Under the pieces are notes generated by a model. The model did no database searches, was not told where the DNA came from, and saw only the letters and a list, made by a program, of their open reading frames with translations. A stretch of 64,000 bases of DNA, taken from Opitutales bacterium. GTDB lineage: Bacteria; Verrucomicrobiota; Verrucomicrobiia; Opitutales; JAVBMG01. The stretch lies in assembly GCA_031552815.1 (NCBI GenBank), contig JAVBMG010000004.1, positions 13,795 through 77,794 on the forward strand, in the 5' to 3' direction. Below, in pieces: positions 38,847 through 48,756 of this stretch (the stretch's first letter is position 1; every line of letters starts with the position of its first letter). Made by a program: the position numbers and the translations under genes.

Positions 38847-39482
38847 TCAATTTATACACTCAAGGACAGGAGAGCGTGTTAATTCGACAGGGGTAATCAT
38901 TTCGCGATCAAGCGGAACATGTCCTTCCAGTTTTAAAATAAACGGTTCAAAGGGTTTCCAATCAAGGGATTCAAGGGTTTGCCATTGTCCGATCTGTATT
39001 CCAAGCGCACGGTCGTAGGCTTTATAAACCAATTCCGAGCAGTAGATTTCGTTATCTTCCGGGGCGTAATGGATGTCGTAAGGACGGCCAAGATAGCTTT
39101 TCAATTCCGTGCGCAATTTTTCCGTATCAATGATTTGCGTATCCTTACAGCGGTAAACAGAGTAATGGAAATCCCGGCCACGCAACACCCAGATGCTTAA
39201 AGGAGTGATACAGACCTGTCTGCCGGCCTCATACACAACCCATCGATCATTTTCCTTCATGACAATACCGCAATGTGACCAGGGCGATTGTGTGGCGCCT
39301 TCAATCGCATCGACCAATTCCATGTGCGGAAGTGACTGGAAGATAATGTCACCTTCTCGGGGTTCGTAGAACAGATAGGGAAGCAGTTTGTAGGGTTTGA
39401 TAAACAGGAGCAAGAGGAACAGGATCAATACGAGTATTCCTAAATAAAAACACCGTAACCGCTTCTTTGAGGGAATCTTCAT
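38847..39482 (-). CDS. YiiX/C92-family permuted papain-like (NlpC/P60 clan) enzyme with an N-terminal membrane anchor
   Basis: GDIIFQS...SPWSHCGIV supplies the His and then YCSELVYKAY supplies the Cys. This is the permuted His-before-Cys order typical of YiiX/YaeF. Confidence 0.7.
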   Translation of the reverse strand: MKIPSKKRLRCFYLGILVLILFLLLLFIKPYKLLPYLFYEPREGDIIFQSLPHMELVDAIEGATQSPWSHCGIVMKENDRWVVYEAGRQVCITPLSIWVLRGRDFHYSVYRCKDTQIIDTEKLRTELKSYLGRPYDIHYAPEDNEIYCSELVYKAYDRALGIQIGQWQTLESLDWKPFEPFILKLEGHVPLDREMITPVELTRSPVLECIN

Positions 39483-39499
39483 GTTACCGTCTGCTCGGC

Positions 39500-40168
39500 T
39501 TAGAGTTTGATTTCACGGGGCATTTCAATGATGCGTTGCGTGGCGGTATCATAGAGAATACCTCCGACCCAGACAGAGTCTATTTTACCGTCTTTTGCCT
39601 CGTATAGCGAAATGGCAAGCGTCGTTACAGTGGGAGGAATTCCATCCTTTTTTCTCAGCATCTGCAATACATCCTGTGCATACATGGCTGCATAATCCTG
39701 CCTGCTTTTTGCCTGTTTGAATTCCATGTGGGCAATGATTTCCTCCGGTTTCATGCTCATGCGGAGGTGCTGCGGGGAGTAATCCTTTTCGGAAAATGTG
39801 CTGTTGTTGAACAGGTAAGTCGCTTTTCCGGTATCGTCCACAAACAACATGACATCATCTTCGGCAAACAGCATGCTTATAAGCAGCGCTTTCTCAATGT
39901 TACCGCTTTTCAATTTCATTTCCAGTTTTCCGTCGGGTTTGAATACCCATGTTCCGCCCAGATTGTTTACCTTTTCATTGGTGGAATAGATGCCGAACTT
40001 TCCGTGCGCCCAGAACTCGATGCACTCACGCCCTACCTGAACCTTTTGCCATTTCCCCAGAATTTGTTCCTCAAGTGGTTTTTTGCAGGAAGAGAGCAGG
40101 GCTATACCGATTAAAAAAAATACGCTGAAATATCTCATGCTCGGGAAGAACCATGGCAAATGCTTCAC
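39500..40168 (-). CDS. Putative lipoprotein, function unknown
   Basis: The signal peptide ends in LLSSC (lipobox). I recognised no other motif. Confidence 0.5.
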   Translation of the reverse strand: MKHLPWFFPSMRYFSVFFLIGIALLSSCKKPLEEQILGKWQKVQVGRECIEFWAHGKFGIYSTNEKVNNLGGTWVFKPDGKLEMKLKSGNIEKALLISMLFAEDDVMLFVDDTGKATYLFNNSTFSEKDYSPQHLRMSMKPEEIIAHMEFKQAKSRQDYAAMYAQDVLQMLRKKDGIPPTVTTLAISLYEAKDGKIDSVWVGGILYDTATQRIIEMPREIKL

Positions 40169-40299
40169 CCTCTTTCAAACAGATTTATTTTCCTACGTTT
40201 GTCTTTCTGATGCTGCCTTGTACTTTTATTGGTTGAAATGTTCATGCAATGCCTTTTGATAATACTTATTCACTTGCTTAAAATAAACCCTAATAAACC

Positions 40300-42189
40300 A
40301 TGTTAAATATCGGTGTAATCGGTCTGGGCGCAATGGGGCAAACCCATCTGGATGCCTACGGTAAAATTAAAAACGCCCGTGTCATTGCGGTTGCTGACAG
40401 TTCCAAGGAGTTGCTGGAGGGTAAAGCCAAGGCGCATGGTAACATCAAAGGTCAGGCACAGCATAGCTTTGATTACAGTGCCGTGAAGAAATACGAAGAT
40501 GCGGTTAAACTGATTAATGATCCGCAGGTACAGGCGGTTGATATCTGCCTGCCGACGCCAGCGCATCTGCGGTTTGCGTTGATGGCAGTCCGGGCAGGGA
40601 AGCATGTCATTCTGGAAAAACCCGTGACCCGTTATTCGGAACAGGTCTGGCAAATCATTGAGGTGGCAGGACGTCAGAACGTCATGGTCATGCCTGCCCA
40701 TTGCATGCGTTTTTGGCCGGAATGGGTCTGGCTGAAGGAAACCATAGACCGGAAAACATACGGCAAGGTTTTTTCGGCGCATTTCGAGCGATTGGCTTCA
40801 CATCCGGGTCGCGGTTATACGCTTCACGGCGAAGCCAGCGGCGGAGCCTTATTTGATGTTCATTTGCACGATACCGATTTTATTACTTACTGTTTCGGCT
40901 TACCTGAAAAAGTCTCATCCAATGGCTACAGTAAGGTAACGGATGCCATTGACCATATTTTCACGCATTATGATTTTGGCAAATATGGTCCGATGATTAC
41001 AGCGGAAGGGGCGTGGAATATGGCGGACGGCTTTCCTTTCCAGATGCGCTATCGTGTCAATTTTGAGGATGCTACCGCTCTTTTTGACATCAACGCCGAG
41101 AAAAAGCTGATGCTTTTCCAAAAGGGAATCGAACCGAAAGTGATTTCCTGTGCAAACGAGATGGGATACCTGTATGAATTGCAGTATTTTGTCGATTCGG
41201 TACTCCAGCGTAGACCATTTGAGCAGGTAACGATGCTGGATGCGGCAAATACGACGGCCATTCTCGAAGCAGAGGATATTTCGTGCCAGAAAAATGGTGA
41301 ACCGGTGACGGTAGCATACAGAAAACTGAGGCCTTTCAAAATAGGAATCATGTCGGATTCTTTCAAACTATCGCCGTTGGAGGGAATGAAGGTGTCCAAA
41401 AGCGTCGGTGCGCAGGGGATACAGATTTACGCTGTAAAGGGTGAAATTTCCCCGGAAACTTTGAATAAACCCGCCCGCCAGGCACTCAAGGATTTCATCA
41501 GCCAATGTAATCTGGAAATTGCTGCTCTCTGCGGCGATCTTGGCGGACATGGTTTCGAGCGGGCTGATGAAAATGTTGAAAAAATACACCGTTCAAAGGC
41601 CATCGTTGATCTGGCGTCCGATTTAGGGACAAAAGTGGTGACAACGCATATCGGGGTGGTTCCTTCGGACAGTCATTCGGAAATCTATCAGAACCAGCTT
41701 GCTGCGTGCCGTGAATTGGCTAACTATGCGAGTTCCAAGGGAGTGACTTTTGCCATCGAAACGGGGCCGGAAGAAGCGGTAACATTGAAATCATTCCTTG
41801 ATGATGTGGCAACTCCGGGAATCGGGGTGAATCTTGATCCGGCGAATTTTGTCATGGTCACAGGTGATGATCCCGTGAAAGCGGTATTCACCTTACGAAA
41901 CTACATTGTGCATACACACGCAAAGGACGGTATCAAGCTTGGGTCCTGTGATCCGGTAAAAGTCTATGCTGCGTTTGCTGAACATGATATTGCCGGGTTT
42001 GATTTCGGAACGCTGTTCAATGAAGTTCCCCTGGGAGAAGGTTCGGTTCGTTGGGATGAATATCTGGATGCTTTGGAAATTGTCGGTTACCGCGGATTTC
42101 TGACCATAGAACGGGAAGTCGGTGAGAATCCTGTGGCTGACATCCGGGAGGCTGTCCGGTTTTTGCAGCGGAAGATTCAAACAAAATAA
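40300..42189 (+). CDS. Fusion protein: N-terminal Gfo/Idh/MocA oxidoreductase plus C-terminal xylose-isomerase-like TIM-barrel (sugar phosphate isomerase/epimerase family)
   Basis: The N-terminal ~335 aa carry LNIGVIGLGAMGQTHLDAY, ICLPTPAHL and EKP. From about aa 345 the TIM-barrel part carries KIGIMSDSF, VVTTHIGVVP, FAIETGPE and HAKD...LGEGSV.W. Confidence 0.8.
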   Translation: MLNIGVIGLGAMGQTHLDAYGKIKNARVIAVADSSKELLEGKAKAHGNIKGQAQHSFDYSAVKKYEDAVKLINDPQVQAVDICLPTPAHLRFALMAVRAGKHVILEKPVTRYSEQVWQIIEVAGRQNVMVMPAHCMRFWPEWVWLKETIDRKTYGKVFSAHFERLASHPGRGYTLHGEASGGALFDVHLHDTDFITYCFGLPEKVSSNGYSKVTDAIDHIFTHYDFGKYGPMITAEGAWNMADGFPFQMRYRVNFEDATALFDINAEKKLMLFQKGIEPKVISCANEMGYLYELQYFVDSVLQRRPFEQVTMLDAANTTAILEAEDISCQKNGEPVTVAYRKLRPFKIGIMSDSFKLSPLEGMKVSKSVGAQGIQIYAVKGEISPETLNKPARQALKDFISQCNLEIAALCGDLGGHGFERADENVEKIHRSKAIVDLASDLGTKVVTTHIGVVPSDSHSEIYQNQLAACRELANYASSKGVTFAIETGPEEAVTLKSFLDDVATPGIGVNLDPANFVMVTGDDPVKAVFTLRNYIVHTHAKDGIKLGSCDPVKVYAAFAEHDIAGFDFGTLFNEVPLGEGSVRWDEYLDALEIVGYRGFLTIEREVGENPVADIREAVRFLQRKIQTK

Positions 42190-42270
42190 GTATGATTTAT
42201 TATTAATTCTGCTTGCTGAACGCAAATCGGCAGGGCAGACTTTTTCCTGTTTTCAATTTTTTGTCAAATT

Positions 42271-42819
42271 ATGAAGAACCTTTGTAAAGTAATTATTCCC
42301 TTAATCATCATGTCCTTTTTCGTGGCTGGCTGCCCCAAAAAGAAGACTGATCCGAGCCAGACGACGATGCAGAAATCGTCGCAGAACGATAACGGACCGG
42401 GTACTACGTTTCCCGGCGATGGCATGAACCCCGATGATGGTTTGAATTCACGCAACAAGATACTTGGGAAATACACAACAAGAGAAGCAGGGTTACTGCA
42501 GTCGGTTTATTTTGCGTTTGATCAATCGCATATCCGCCCAAGCGAACGTGTAAAAGCGGAATCTGCGGCAAATTATCTGAAAGCCAATCCGAACAACGGA
42601 ATAGAGATTGTAGGCTATTGTGACTGGAGAGGAACGACGGAGTATAATCTCGGTCTTGGCGATCGCCGTGCAGGCAGCGTACGCGACTATCTTATTAGCA
42701 TGGGAATAGACGGTTCCAGAATCAATGTGGTTTCCAAGGGCGATCTTGATGCTACCGTCAAAGGTAATGCCGAACAAACCGCCCATGACCGCCGTGCGGA
42801 ATTGATTGTCCTGAAATAA
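42271..42819 (+). CDS. pal: Peptidoglycan-associated lipoprotein (OmpA C-like), copy 1
   Basis: The lipobox is FVAGC. The OmpA-like domain reads VYFAFDQSHIRPSER...VGYCDWRGTTEYNLGLGDRRAGSV. Confidence 0.85.
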   Translation: MKNLCKVIIPLIIMSFFVAGCPKKKTDPSQTTMQKSSQNDNGPGTTFPGDGMNPDDGLNSRNKILGKYTTREAGLLQSVYFAFDQSHIRPSERVKAESAANYLKANPNNGIEIVGYCDWRGTTEYNLGLGDRRAGSVRDYLISMGIDGSRINVVSKGDLDATVKGNAEQTAHDRRAELIVLK

Positions 42820-42946
42820 GGGAAGATCAAGCTCATTTCCGGAACCCGACATTTACCTGTTGGGTTTTCTATTAATTGAGCTTTGTACTTGCAGAAAAGC
42901 ATATGGGTCACAGAATAATAATAAATTGATTTAATTTAAAACTATC

Positions 42947-43510
42947 ATGAAAAACCTGTGTAAAGTCCTCATTCCGTTGATTATTATGTCTTTCTTTGTG
43001 ACCGGGTGTCCGAAGAAAAAGCCTGATCCAAGCCAAACAGTCATGAGTCAGGGTTCAGGTGAGGGAGCTATCGGCGGTGATATGGATTTGGATTCGAATT
43101 ACGATCCTGACCGTAACGGAGCGGCGGGAGAAGGACTTCAGGACCGCAACAGTGGTGGTGATTTCAGCCGTCAGGTGAGAGGACAGTTGCAATCCGTTTA
43201 TTTTGCGTTTGACCAATCGCATATCCGTCCAAGCGAACGTGCAAAGGCACAGGCGGCCGCAAGTTATCTGCAATCCAATCCGAATAAAGGCATACTGATT
43301 GAAGGCTACTGTGACTGGAGAGGAACGACAGAGTATAATCTTGGTCTTGGTGATCGCCGTGCGAGCAGTGTCCGCAGCTATCTGGAAAGCCTTGGCATTA
43401 ATCCGAGCCGTGTTCAGGTTGTATCCAAAGGTGACCTTGAAGCTGTTGTCAACGGGTCTTCGCAACAAATGGCGGAAGATCGTCGTGCAGAGTTGGTTGT
43501 TCTCGAATAA
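42947..43510 (+). CDS. pal: Peptidoglycan-associated lipoprotein (OmpA C-like), copy 2
   Basis: The lipobox is FVTGC. The OmpA-like domain reads VYFAFDQSHIRPSER...EGYCDWRGTTEYNLGLGDRRASSV. Confidence 0.85.
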   Translation: MKNLCKVLIPLIIMSFFVTGCPKKKPDPSQTVMSQGSGEGAIGGDMDLDSNYDPDRNGAAGEGLQDRNSGGDFSRQVRGQLQSVYFAFDQSHIRPSERAKAQAAASYLQSNPNKGILIEGYCDWRGTTEYNLGLGDRRASSVRSYLESLGINPSRVQVVSKGDLEAVVNGSSQQMAEDRRAELVVLE

Positions 43511-43530
43511 ACAAGCAGCTTATGATTTCT

Positions 43531-43568
43531 AAACCCTGACATGTGACAGCGTGCCAGGGTTTTTATTT
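43531..43568 (+). terminator. Probable rho-independent terminator after the second pal
   Basis: aaaccctg (43531-43538) pairs with cagggttt (43555-43562) across a large loop, followed by ttttattt. Confidence 0.5.
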
Positions 43569-43595
43569 AAGGAAATCAATCAACGATAAAAAGCT

Positions 43596-44735
43596 ATGAT
43601 GTTAAATTTCTGGTCCATACTGCTTTTCCTTTATATAACATTGCGTCTATGGTTACCCTTGCCGGTGAAGTGGTACGTCAAGCTGGTTCCGACGGCGTTT
43701 ACCTTGTTGATTGCATTGAAGCATTTTATTCTCCGGAAGTATTTCGGAGGATTGGCATTCCCTGAACTGTCAGTGACAGCACAATTAATTATCGGTTGGC
43801 TATATGCCGCATTTATTTTCCTCTTCCTGCTTGTATTGTTCAGGGATATCCTCATTGGTATCCTGTGGCTATCCCGTCTTCTCGGCTCATCCTTGCGTCT
43901 CTCTGTCTCAAAAATACAATGGGCTGTCGGATTAAGTGCGGTAGCATTGTTTATGGCTGCCTACGGCGTATGGGAGGCTGTACGTGTTCCCGACATACGC
44001 ACGACAGCGGTTACATTGTCCAAATTGCCCAAGGAACTTGACGGTATCACTGTTGTTCAAATTTCCGACTTACATGCCAGCGATTTGTTAAGCGAGGCAA
44101 GAGTAGATGCCATTGTTGCACAGGTAAACGCTCTCCATCCTGATCTGATCCTGCTTACGGGAGACATCGTAGACGGTTCTCCCGGGAGAAGAGTAAACGA
44201 TGTGGCGCCGCTTCGGAATCTGAAGGCAAGATACGGTGTATTTGCCTGTGTTGGGAATCATGAGTATTATTCGGGATACGCAGAATGGATAAACGAATTT
44301 TCAAGACTCGGACTTCTCGTATTGGAGAACAGCCATGTGGTTGTAGAGATCAATAATTATCCGGTGGTTATTGCCGGCGTAACCGATCCTGCTGCCGGCA
44401 GACGCTTAGGGAATACTCCTGATATTCGGAAAGCACTGTCCGGTGCGCCAACCGATGCACCCGTCATATTAATGGCCCATCAACCGCGCGATGCAAAACG
44501 GAATGCGGCAGCAGGCGTTGACTTACAGCTCTCCGGTCATACTCACGGGGGGCAGTTCATCGGTCTCGGCCATATTGTCGGTATGTTCAATGAAGGCTTT
44601 TTATCCGATTGGTATCAGGTCGAAAAAATGCATCTCTATGTGAGTCGGGGAGCCGGGCTATGGAACGGTTTTCCTGTCAGAATGGGTGTTCCTGGCGAAG
44701 TCACTGAAATAGTGTTGCACAGTGAAAAACCATAA
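43596..44735 (+). CDS. Membrane-anchored metallophosphoesterase (calcineurin-like)
   Basis: N-terminal TM helices precede the motifs QISDLH, GDIVDG, GNHEY and GHTHGGQ. Confidence 0.85.
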   Translation: MMLNFWSILLFLYITLRLWLPLPVKWYVKLVPTAFTLLIALKHFILRKYFGGLAFPELSVTAQLIIGWLYAAFIFLFLLVLFRDILIGILWLSRLLGSSLRLSVSKIQWAVGLSAVALFMAAYGVWEAVRVPDIRTTAVTLSKLPKELDGITVVQISDLHASDLLSEARVDAIVAQVNALHPDLILLTGDIVDGSPGRRVNDVAPLRNLKARYGVFACVGNHEYYSGYAEWINEFSRLGLLVLENSHVVVEINNYPVVIAGVTDPAAGRRLGNTPDIRKALSGAPTDAPVILMAHQPRDAKRNAAAGVDLQLSGHTHGGQFIGLGHIVGMFNEGFLSDWYQVEKMHLYVSRGAGLWNGFPVRMGVPGEVTEIVLHSEKP

Positions 44736-44828
44736 AGGTGAAAGTGTGCATATAGCCTTGACAATTCACCTGAACAACCCAGTTCTTTAGTCATTCACAG
44801 AACAGATTGGTTTCTAAGTAAATAACTA

Positions 44829-46379
44829 ATGTCACCCCTTTATTTTATGCGTAGATTATTGACTGTACTTTTATTTATAAGCACATCCTTGTTTGCTCAG
44901 CATGTGGAGCAAACTTACAATAATCCTGTCATTTCAGGCGATTTTCCCGATCCGACCGTGATACGGGTAGGGAATGATTATTATGCTGCCGGCACCACTT
45001 CAGATTTTGCGCCTAATTATCCATTGTATCACTCGACAGATCTTGTTAACTGGAAACGGATTGGGGCAGTCTTCAGCGAAGCACCGTCATGGATAAAGGG
45101 CGATTGCTGGGCGCCGGAGTTATACTATAATAACGGAACCTATTACGTTTATTACACGGCGCGCAAAAAGAGTGATAATATTTCCTGTATCGGCGTTGCC
45201 ACGACAACAGACCCGAGGAAGGGATTCAAGGATCACGGTCAGTTGATAGAGTGGGGCAAGGAAGCCATTGATGCCTATGTGTTTAAGGATGATGACGGAA
45301 AACTGTATATTACCTGGAAAGCATACGGGCTTGAAGAAAGGCCGATAGAAATTCTTGCATCGGAATTATCCCCGGACGGACTATCCCTGAAAGGAGCGCA
45401 TTTTACGCTGACCGATCATACCAAGGGATGGATTGGCAGGGGAGACGAGGGACAGTGCATTGTGAAGCGTAATGGATATTATTATCTATTTTATTCCATC
45501 GGCGGGTGTTGTGATAACCGATGTGATTACCGTGTTCACGTTTCAAGGGCAAAGAACCTCAGAGGCGATTGGGAACAATATGAGCCCGAAGCGATTTTAC
45601 AGGGTGGTGATTTGTGGAAATGTTCCGGACATGGTACTATCGTTCAGTCCCCGGACGGAAGATACTTCTATCTGTATCATGCTTACAATGCCTATGATTT
45701 TGAATTTGTCGGCAGGCAGGGTTTACTGGACGAATTGCTTTGGAATGATGAAACGGGCTGGCCTTATTTCAAATATGGAAATACGCCTACAGCTCAGGCT
45801 CCTGTCCCGTTCAAAGGTACTGTGCAGAATAAAAATAAAGACATAGATGATGATTTCAAGACGGGTAATTATGATGCCTATTGGCAATGGGACATGAATT
45901 TATCCCGACCGGATTTATCAAAGGATAAAGAAGGGTTGAAAATCAAAAATAAAGAGGGACTCTGTTTCTTTGGCGTAAACACTCAATCCGGAAAGTACCG
46001 GATGGAAACCGCTATCACGAACGAAGGAGATAAATTCAGAGGATTAACCGTTTACGGCGGACAGAATGATTTATTGGCCTGGGGGCTTTCCGGAGATGAG
46101 ATAAAACTGTTTCGTGTTGAAAAGGGAAAAAGAACAGAACTGTTTTCCAAGCAAATTGCAGATAAAAAACCACTCAGAATAAGAATCGATGCCCTAAGCG
46201 GTCGATTATATAAATTTTATTGGTTGGGCAAGAACGACGAATGGCAATCTTTTCCGGCTGAAAATAACTATGTGGAAGGCGTATCGCTTCCTCAATGGGG
46301 CAGAGGACTACGCGTCGGGTTTCTTGTAGAAGGAGAGCAACCCGCAGCATTTTCGTTTTTCCGCTTGCTGAACAAATAA
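44829..46379 (+). CDS. GH43 glycoside hydrolase (beta-xylosidase/alpha-L-arabinofuranosidase family) with a C-terminal beta-sandwich
   Basis: The sequence shows NPVISGDFPDPTVIRVGNDYYAAGTT, CWAPELYYNNGTYYVYYTA and a signal peptide. Confidence 0.9.
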   Translation: MSPLYFMRRLLTVLLFISTSLFAQHVEQTYNNPVISGDFPDPTVIRVGNDYYAAGTTSDFAPNYPLYHSTDLVNWKRIGAVFSEAPSWIKGDCWAPELYYNNGTYYVYYTARKKSDNISCIGVATTTDPRKGFKDHGQLIEWGKEAIDAYVFKDDDGKLYITWKAYGLEERPIEILASELSPDGLSLKGAHFTLTDHTKGWIGRGDEGQCIVKRNGYYYLFYSIGGCCDNRCDYRVHVSRAKNLRGDWEQYEPEAILQGGDLWKCSGHGTIVQSPDGRYFYLYHAYNAYDFEFVGRQGLLDELLWNDETGWPYFKYGNTPTAQAPVPFKGTVQNKNKDIDDDFKTGNYDAYWQWDMNLSRPDLSKDKEGLKIKNKEGLCFFGVNTQSGKYRMETAITNEGDKFRGLTVYGGQNDLLAWGLSGDEIKLFRVEKGKRTELFSKQIADKKPLRIRIDALSGRLYKFYWLGKNDEWQSFPAENNYVEGVSLPQWGRGLRVGFLVEGEQPAAFSFFRLLNK

Positions 46380-46493
46380 GATATCATTCTGCATTATGGA
46401 TGAAAATGCGTGAATCGCAGAACTATTTGGCAAAGGTGGGGTTTATGTTTTTGTTCCACCAAAAACCAATAGTAGAAAAACTGTAAACGAATC

Positions 46494-48653
46494 ATGATTC
46501 ACAGGAAAATTGCCTATATTGCCTTATTGCTGTTTACTTTAACATACGTAAAGGCTGAAAAGAAACGCACCGATTATGTTAATCCCTTTTTAGGGACTGC
46601 AACCTTATGGGACAGTAAGGAACTTGGCTATACACCTACAGTAAGGGCTTGGGGTGCGGAGGTCTTTCCGGGATCGTCGCTTCCTAATGCAATGGTTCAG
46701 CTGACGCCGGTTACCCAATTCAGGAGCGGTTCAGGATATCAATACGAAGACAGTGTTATCTATGGCTTTGCTCATACGAGCAAAGGCCATTGGAATCTCT
46801 GCCATATTCCGTTGCTTCCTGCTACAGGCCCGGTGTCTCCCGATGATTTTGCTTCGCCGTTCAATCATGAAAAAGAATCCGCACATCCGGGCTACTATCA
46901 GGTATTTCTTGAGCGCTACGGTGTGAATGCGGAATTAACATCCACTTTGCGATGCGCTTTTCATAAATACACGTTCGATGCCGGGAAAGAGAAAAAATTG
47001 ATCGCCGATCTTACTCGTTCCAATGAAGGCGTGAGGGGGTGGAGCATTTCAAAGAAAGACGATTACACTTTTACCGGTTTTCAGCAGACGGGGGAAAAGA
47101 TGCATTTCTATGCGGTGGCAAACCATAAGATTAAAGACATTGAGTCTGTCAAAAGCAATAAGCGGGAGGTCTCGGTAGTTCGTTTTGAAGATGACTCGAA
47201 ACCGTTGGAAATACAGATCGGTTTTTCATTTGTAAGTATTGATAATGCAAAGGAAAACCTGGAAAAAGAAATGCTTGGAAAGAGTTTTTCTCAAGTACGG
47301 AACGAAGCTACCGTGACATGGGACAATCTGTTGTCGAAAATAAAAGTGAGCGGCGGTACGGAAAAGCAAAAGGAAACGTTTTATTCCTGCCTGTATCGAT
47401 CATTCCTGTGGCCCGCGTTGCGGAGTGACGTGAACGGCGATTTTATCGGAGAACGGGGAAAACTGGAAAATAAAGGCTTCCGTTTCTACACGGATCCTTC
47501 CTTCTGGGATGATTACAGAAACAAACTGGTTTTGCTCGGAATGCTTTCTCCCGATGTTACCGTGGATGTTATCAATTCCATTACCTATAAGGGGGAAATA
47601 CGGGGATTTATGCCAACATTCTTTCATGGCGATCATGCTTCCGTTTTTGTCACGGGATCATACCTTCGCGGATTAAGAGGATTTGATGTTAATAAAGCCT
47701 ACGAACTCATTCTTAAGAATGCGACCGACGAGAGTGGAAGCGAGGATATACAGAGAGAAAGAACGACAGGCAGAGGCTATCTTAAAGAATATAAGGAAAA
47801 AGGCTATATTTCAGAATTTGACATAAAGAATCCCGTTACGAATACACAGGCCAAAGCCTCTGTCACGAAAACACTTGAATATGCGTACGATGATTATGCG
47901 GTAGCATTACTGGCGAAAGAACTGAATGACGAGGCAAACTACAACATGCTGATGAAACGCTCGGGTAATTATAAAAATCTCTTCGATCCGTCGACAGGGC
48001 TCATGCGAGGACGCTTGGAAAACGGTGACTGGGTGGAGGATTTCAACCCTGAGTACCCTTACTATAAATTCATGTACAGGGAGGCCAATGCATGGCAATC
48101 ATCCTTTTTTGCCCCGCATGATGTCAAAGGATTGATCGGGCTATATAAAGACAAGGAGGCATTTGAAAAGAAACTGGATGATCTTTTTACCATTCCATGG
48201 GGCGGTTACGAAGCCCATAACCTGACTGCCTTTATCGGACAGTATTGTCACGGAAATCAACCCGATCACAATTTTCCTTATCTGTATTATTTTGTAGGCA
48301 AGCAGGAGAAATCACAGGCAATCATTGATCAGTGCCTTGGGTTCTACCGCATGGGAAAAGAAAGTTTGTCTTATCCGGGGATGGATGATACGGGAGAAAT
48401 GTCGGCATGGTATGTTTTCAATGCGATAGGACTTTATACCTTTTCGCCGGCAGATCCTGAATATATTGTTTCCGTTCCTATTTTTGATAAAGTGGAATTG
48501 TGTATGAAAGATAATGTCTGTTTTACCATCCAGAAGAAGGGTTCAGGTAAAAAGATTACCGATATTACTTACGGAGATCAAAAAGTGGACGGATACTTCA
48601 TTTCCCACGATGCTTTAAAAGAAGGTAAAATATTAATCATCACGACGAAGTGA
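46494..48653 (+). CDS. GH92 alpha-mannosidase family protein
   Basis: The sequence has VNPFLGT near the N-terminus, GNQPDHNFPYLYYFVGK and GMDDTGEMSAWYVF. The product is 719 aa. Confidence 0.9.
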   Translation: MIHRKIAYIALLLFTLTYVKAEKKRTDYVNPFLGTATLWDSKELGYTPTVRAWGAEVFPGSSLPNAMVQLTPVTQFRSGSGYQYEDSVIYGFAHTSKGHWNLCHIPLLPATGPVSPDDFASPFNHEKESAHPGYYQVFLERYGVNAELTSTLRCAFHKYTFDAGKEKKLIADLTRSNEGVRGWSISKKDDYTFTGFQQTGEKMHFYAVANHKIKDIESVKSNKREVSVVRFEDDSKPLEIQIGFSFVSIDNAKENLEKEMLGKSFSQVRNEATVTWDNLLSKIKVSGGTEKQKETFYSCLYRSFLWPALRSDVNGDFIGERGKLENKGFRFYTDPSFWDDYRNKLVLLGMLSPDVTVDVINSITYKGEIRGFMPTFFHGDHASVFVTGSYLRGLRGFDVNKAYELILKNATDESGSEDIQRERTTGRGYLKEYKEKGYISEFDIKNPVTNTQAKASVTKTLEYAYDDYAVALLAKELNDEANYNMLMKRSGNYKNLFDPSTGLMRGRLENGDWVEDFNPEYPYYKFMYREANAWQSSFFAPHDVKGLIGLYKDKEAFEKKLDDLFTIPWGGYEAHNLTAFIGQYCHGNQPDHNFPYLYYFVGKQEKSQAIIDQCLGFYRMGKESLSYPGMDDTGEMSAWYVFNAIGLYTFSPADPEYIVSVPIFDKVELCMKDNVCFTIQKKGSGKKITDITYGDQKVDGYFISHDALKEGKILIITTK

Positions 48654-48756
48654 GCATAAAAGAAAGTTCAGGAAGAAAAAGGCGGTAGCATTGGAAATGG
48701 CACTAACTATTTTAGATTAAAATAAAATCGTTTTCATTGGTGAAAAGTCAGACATA

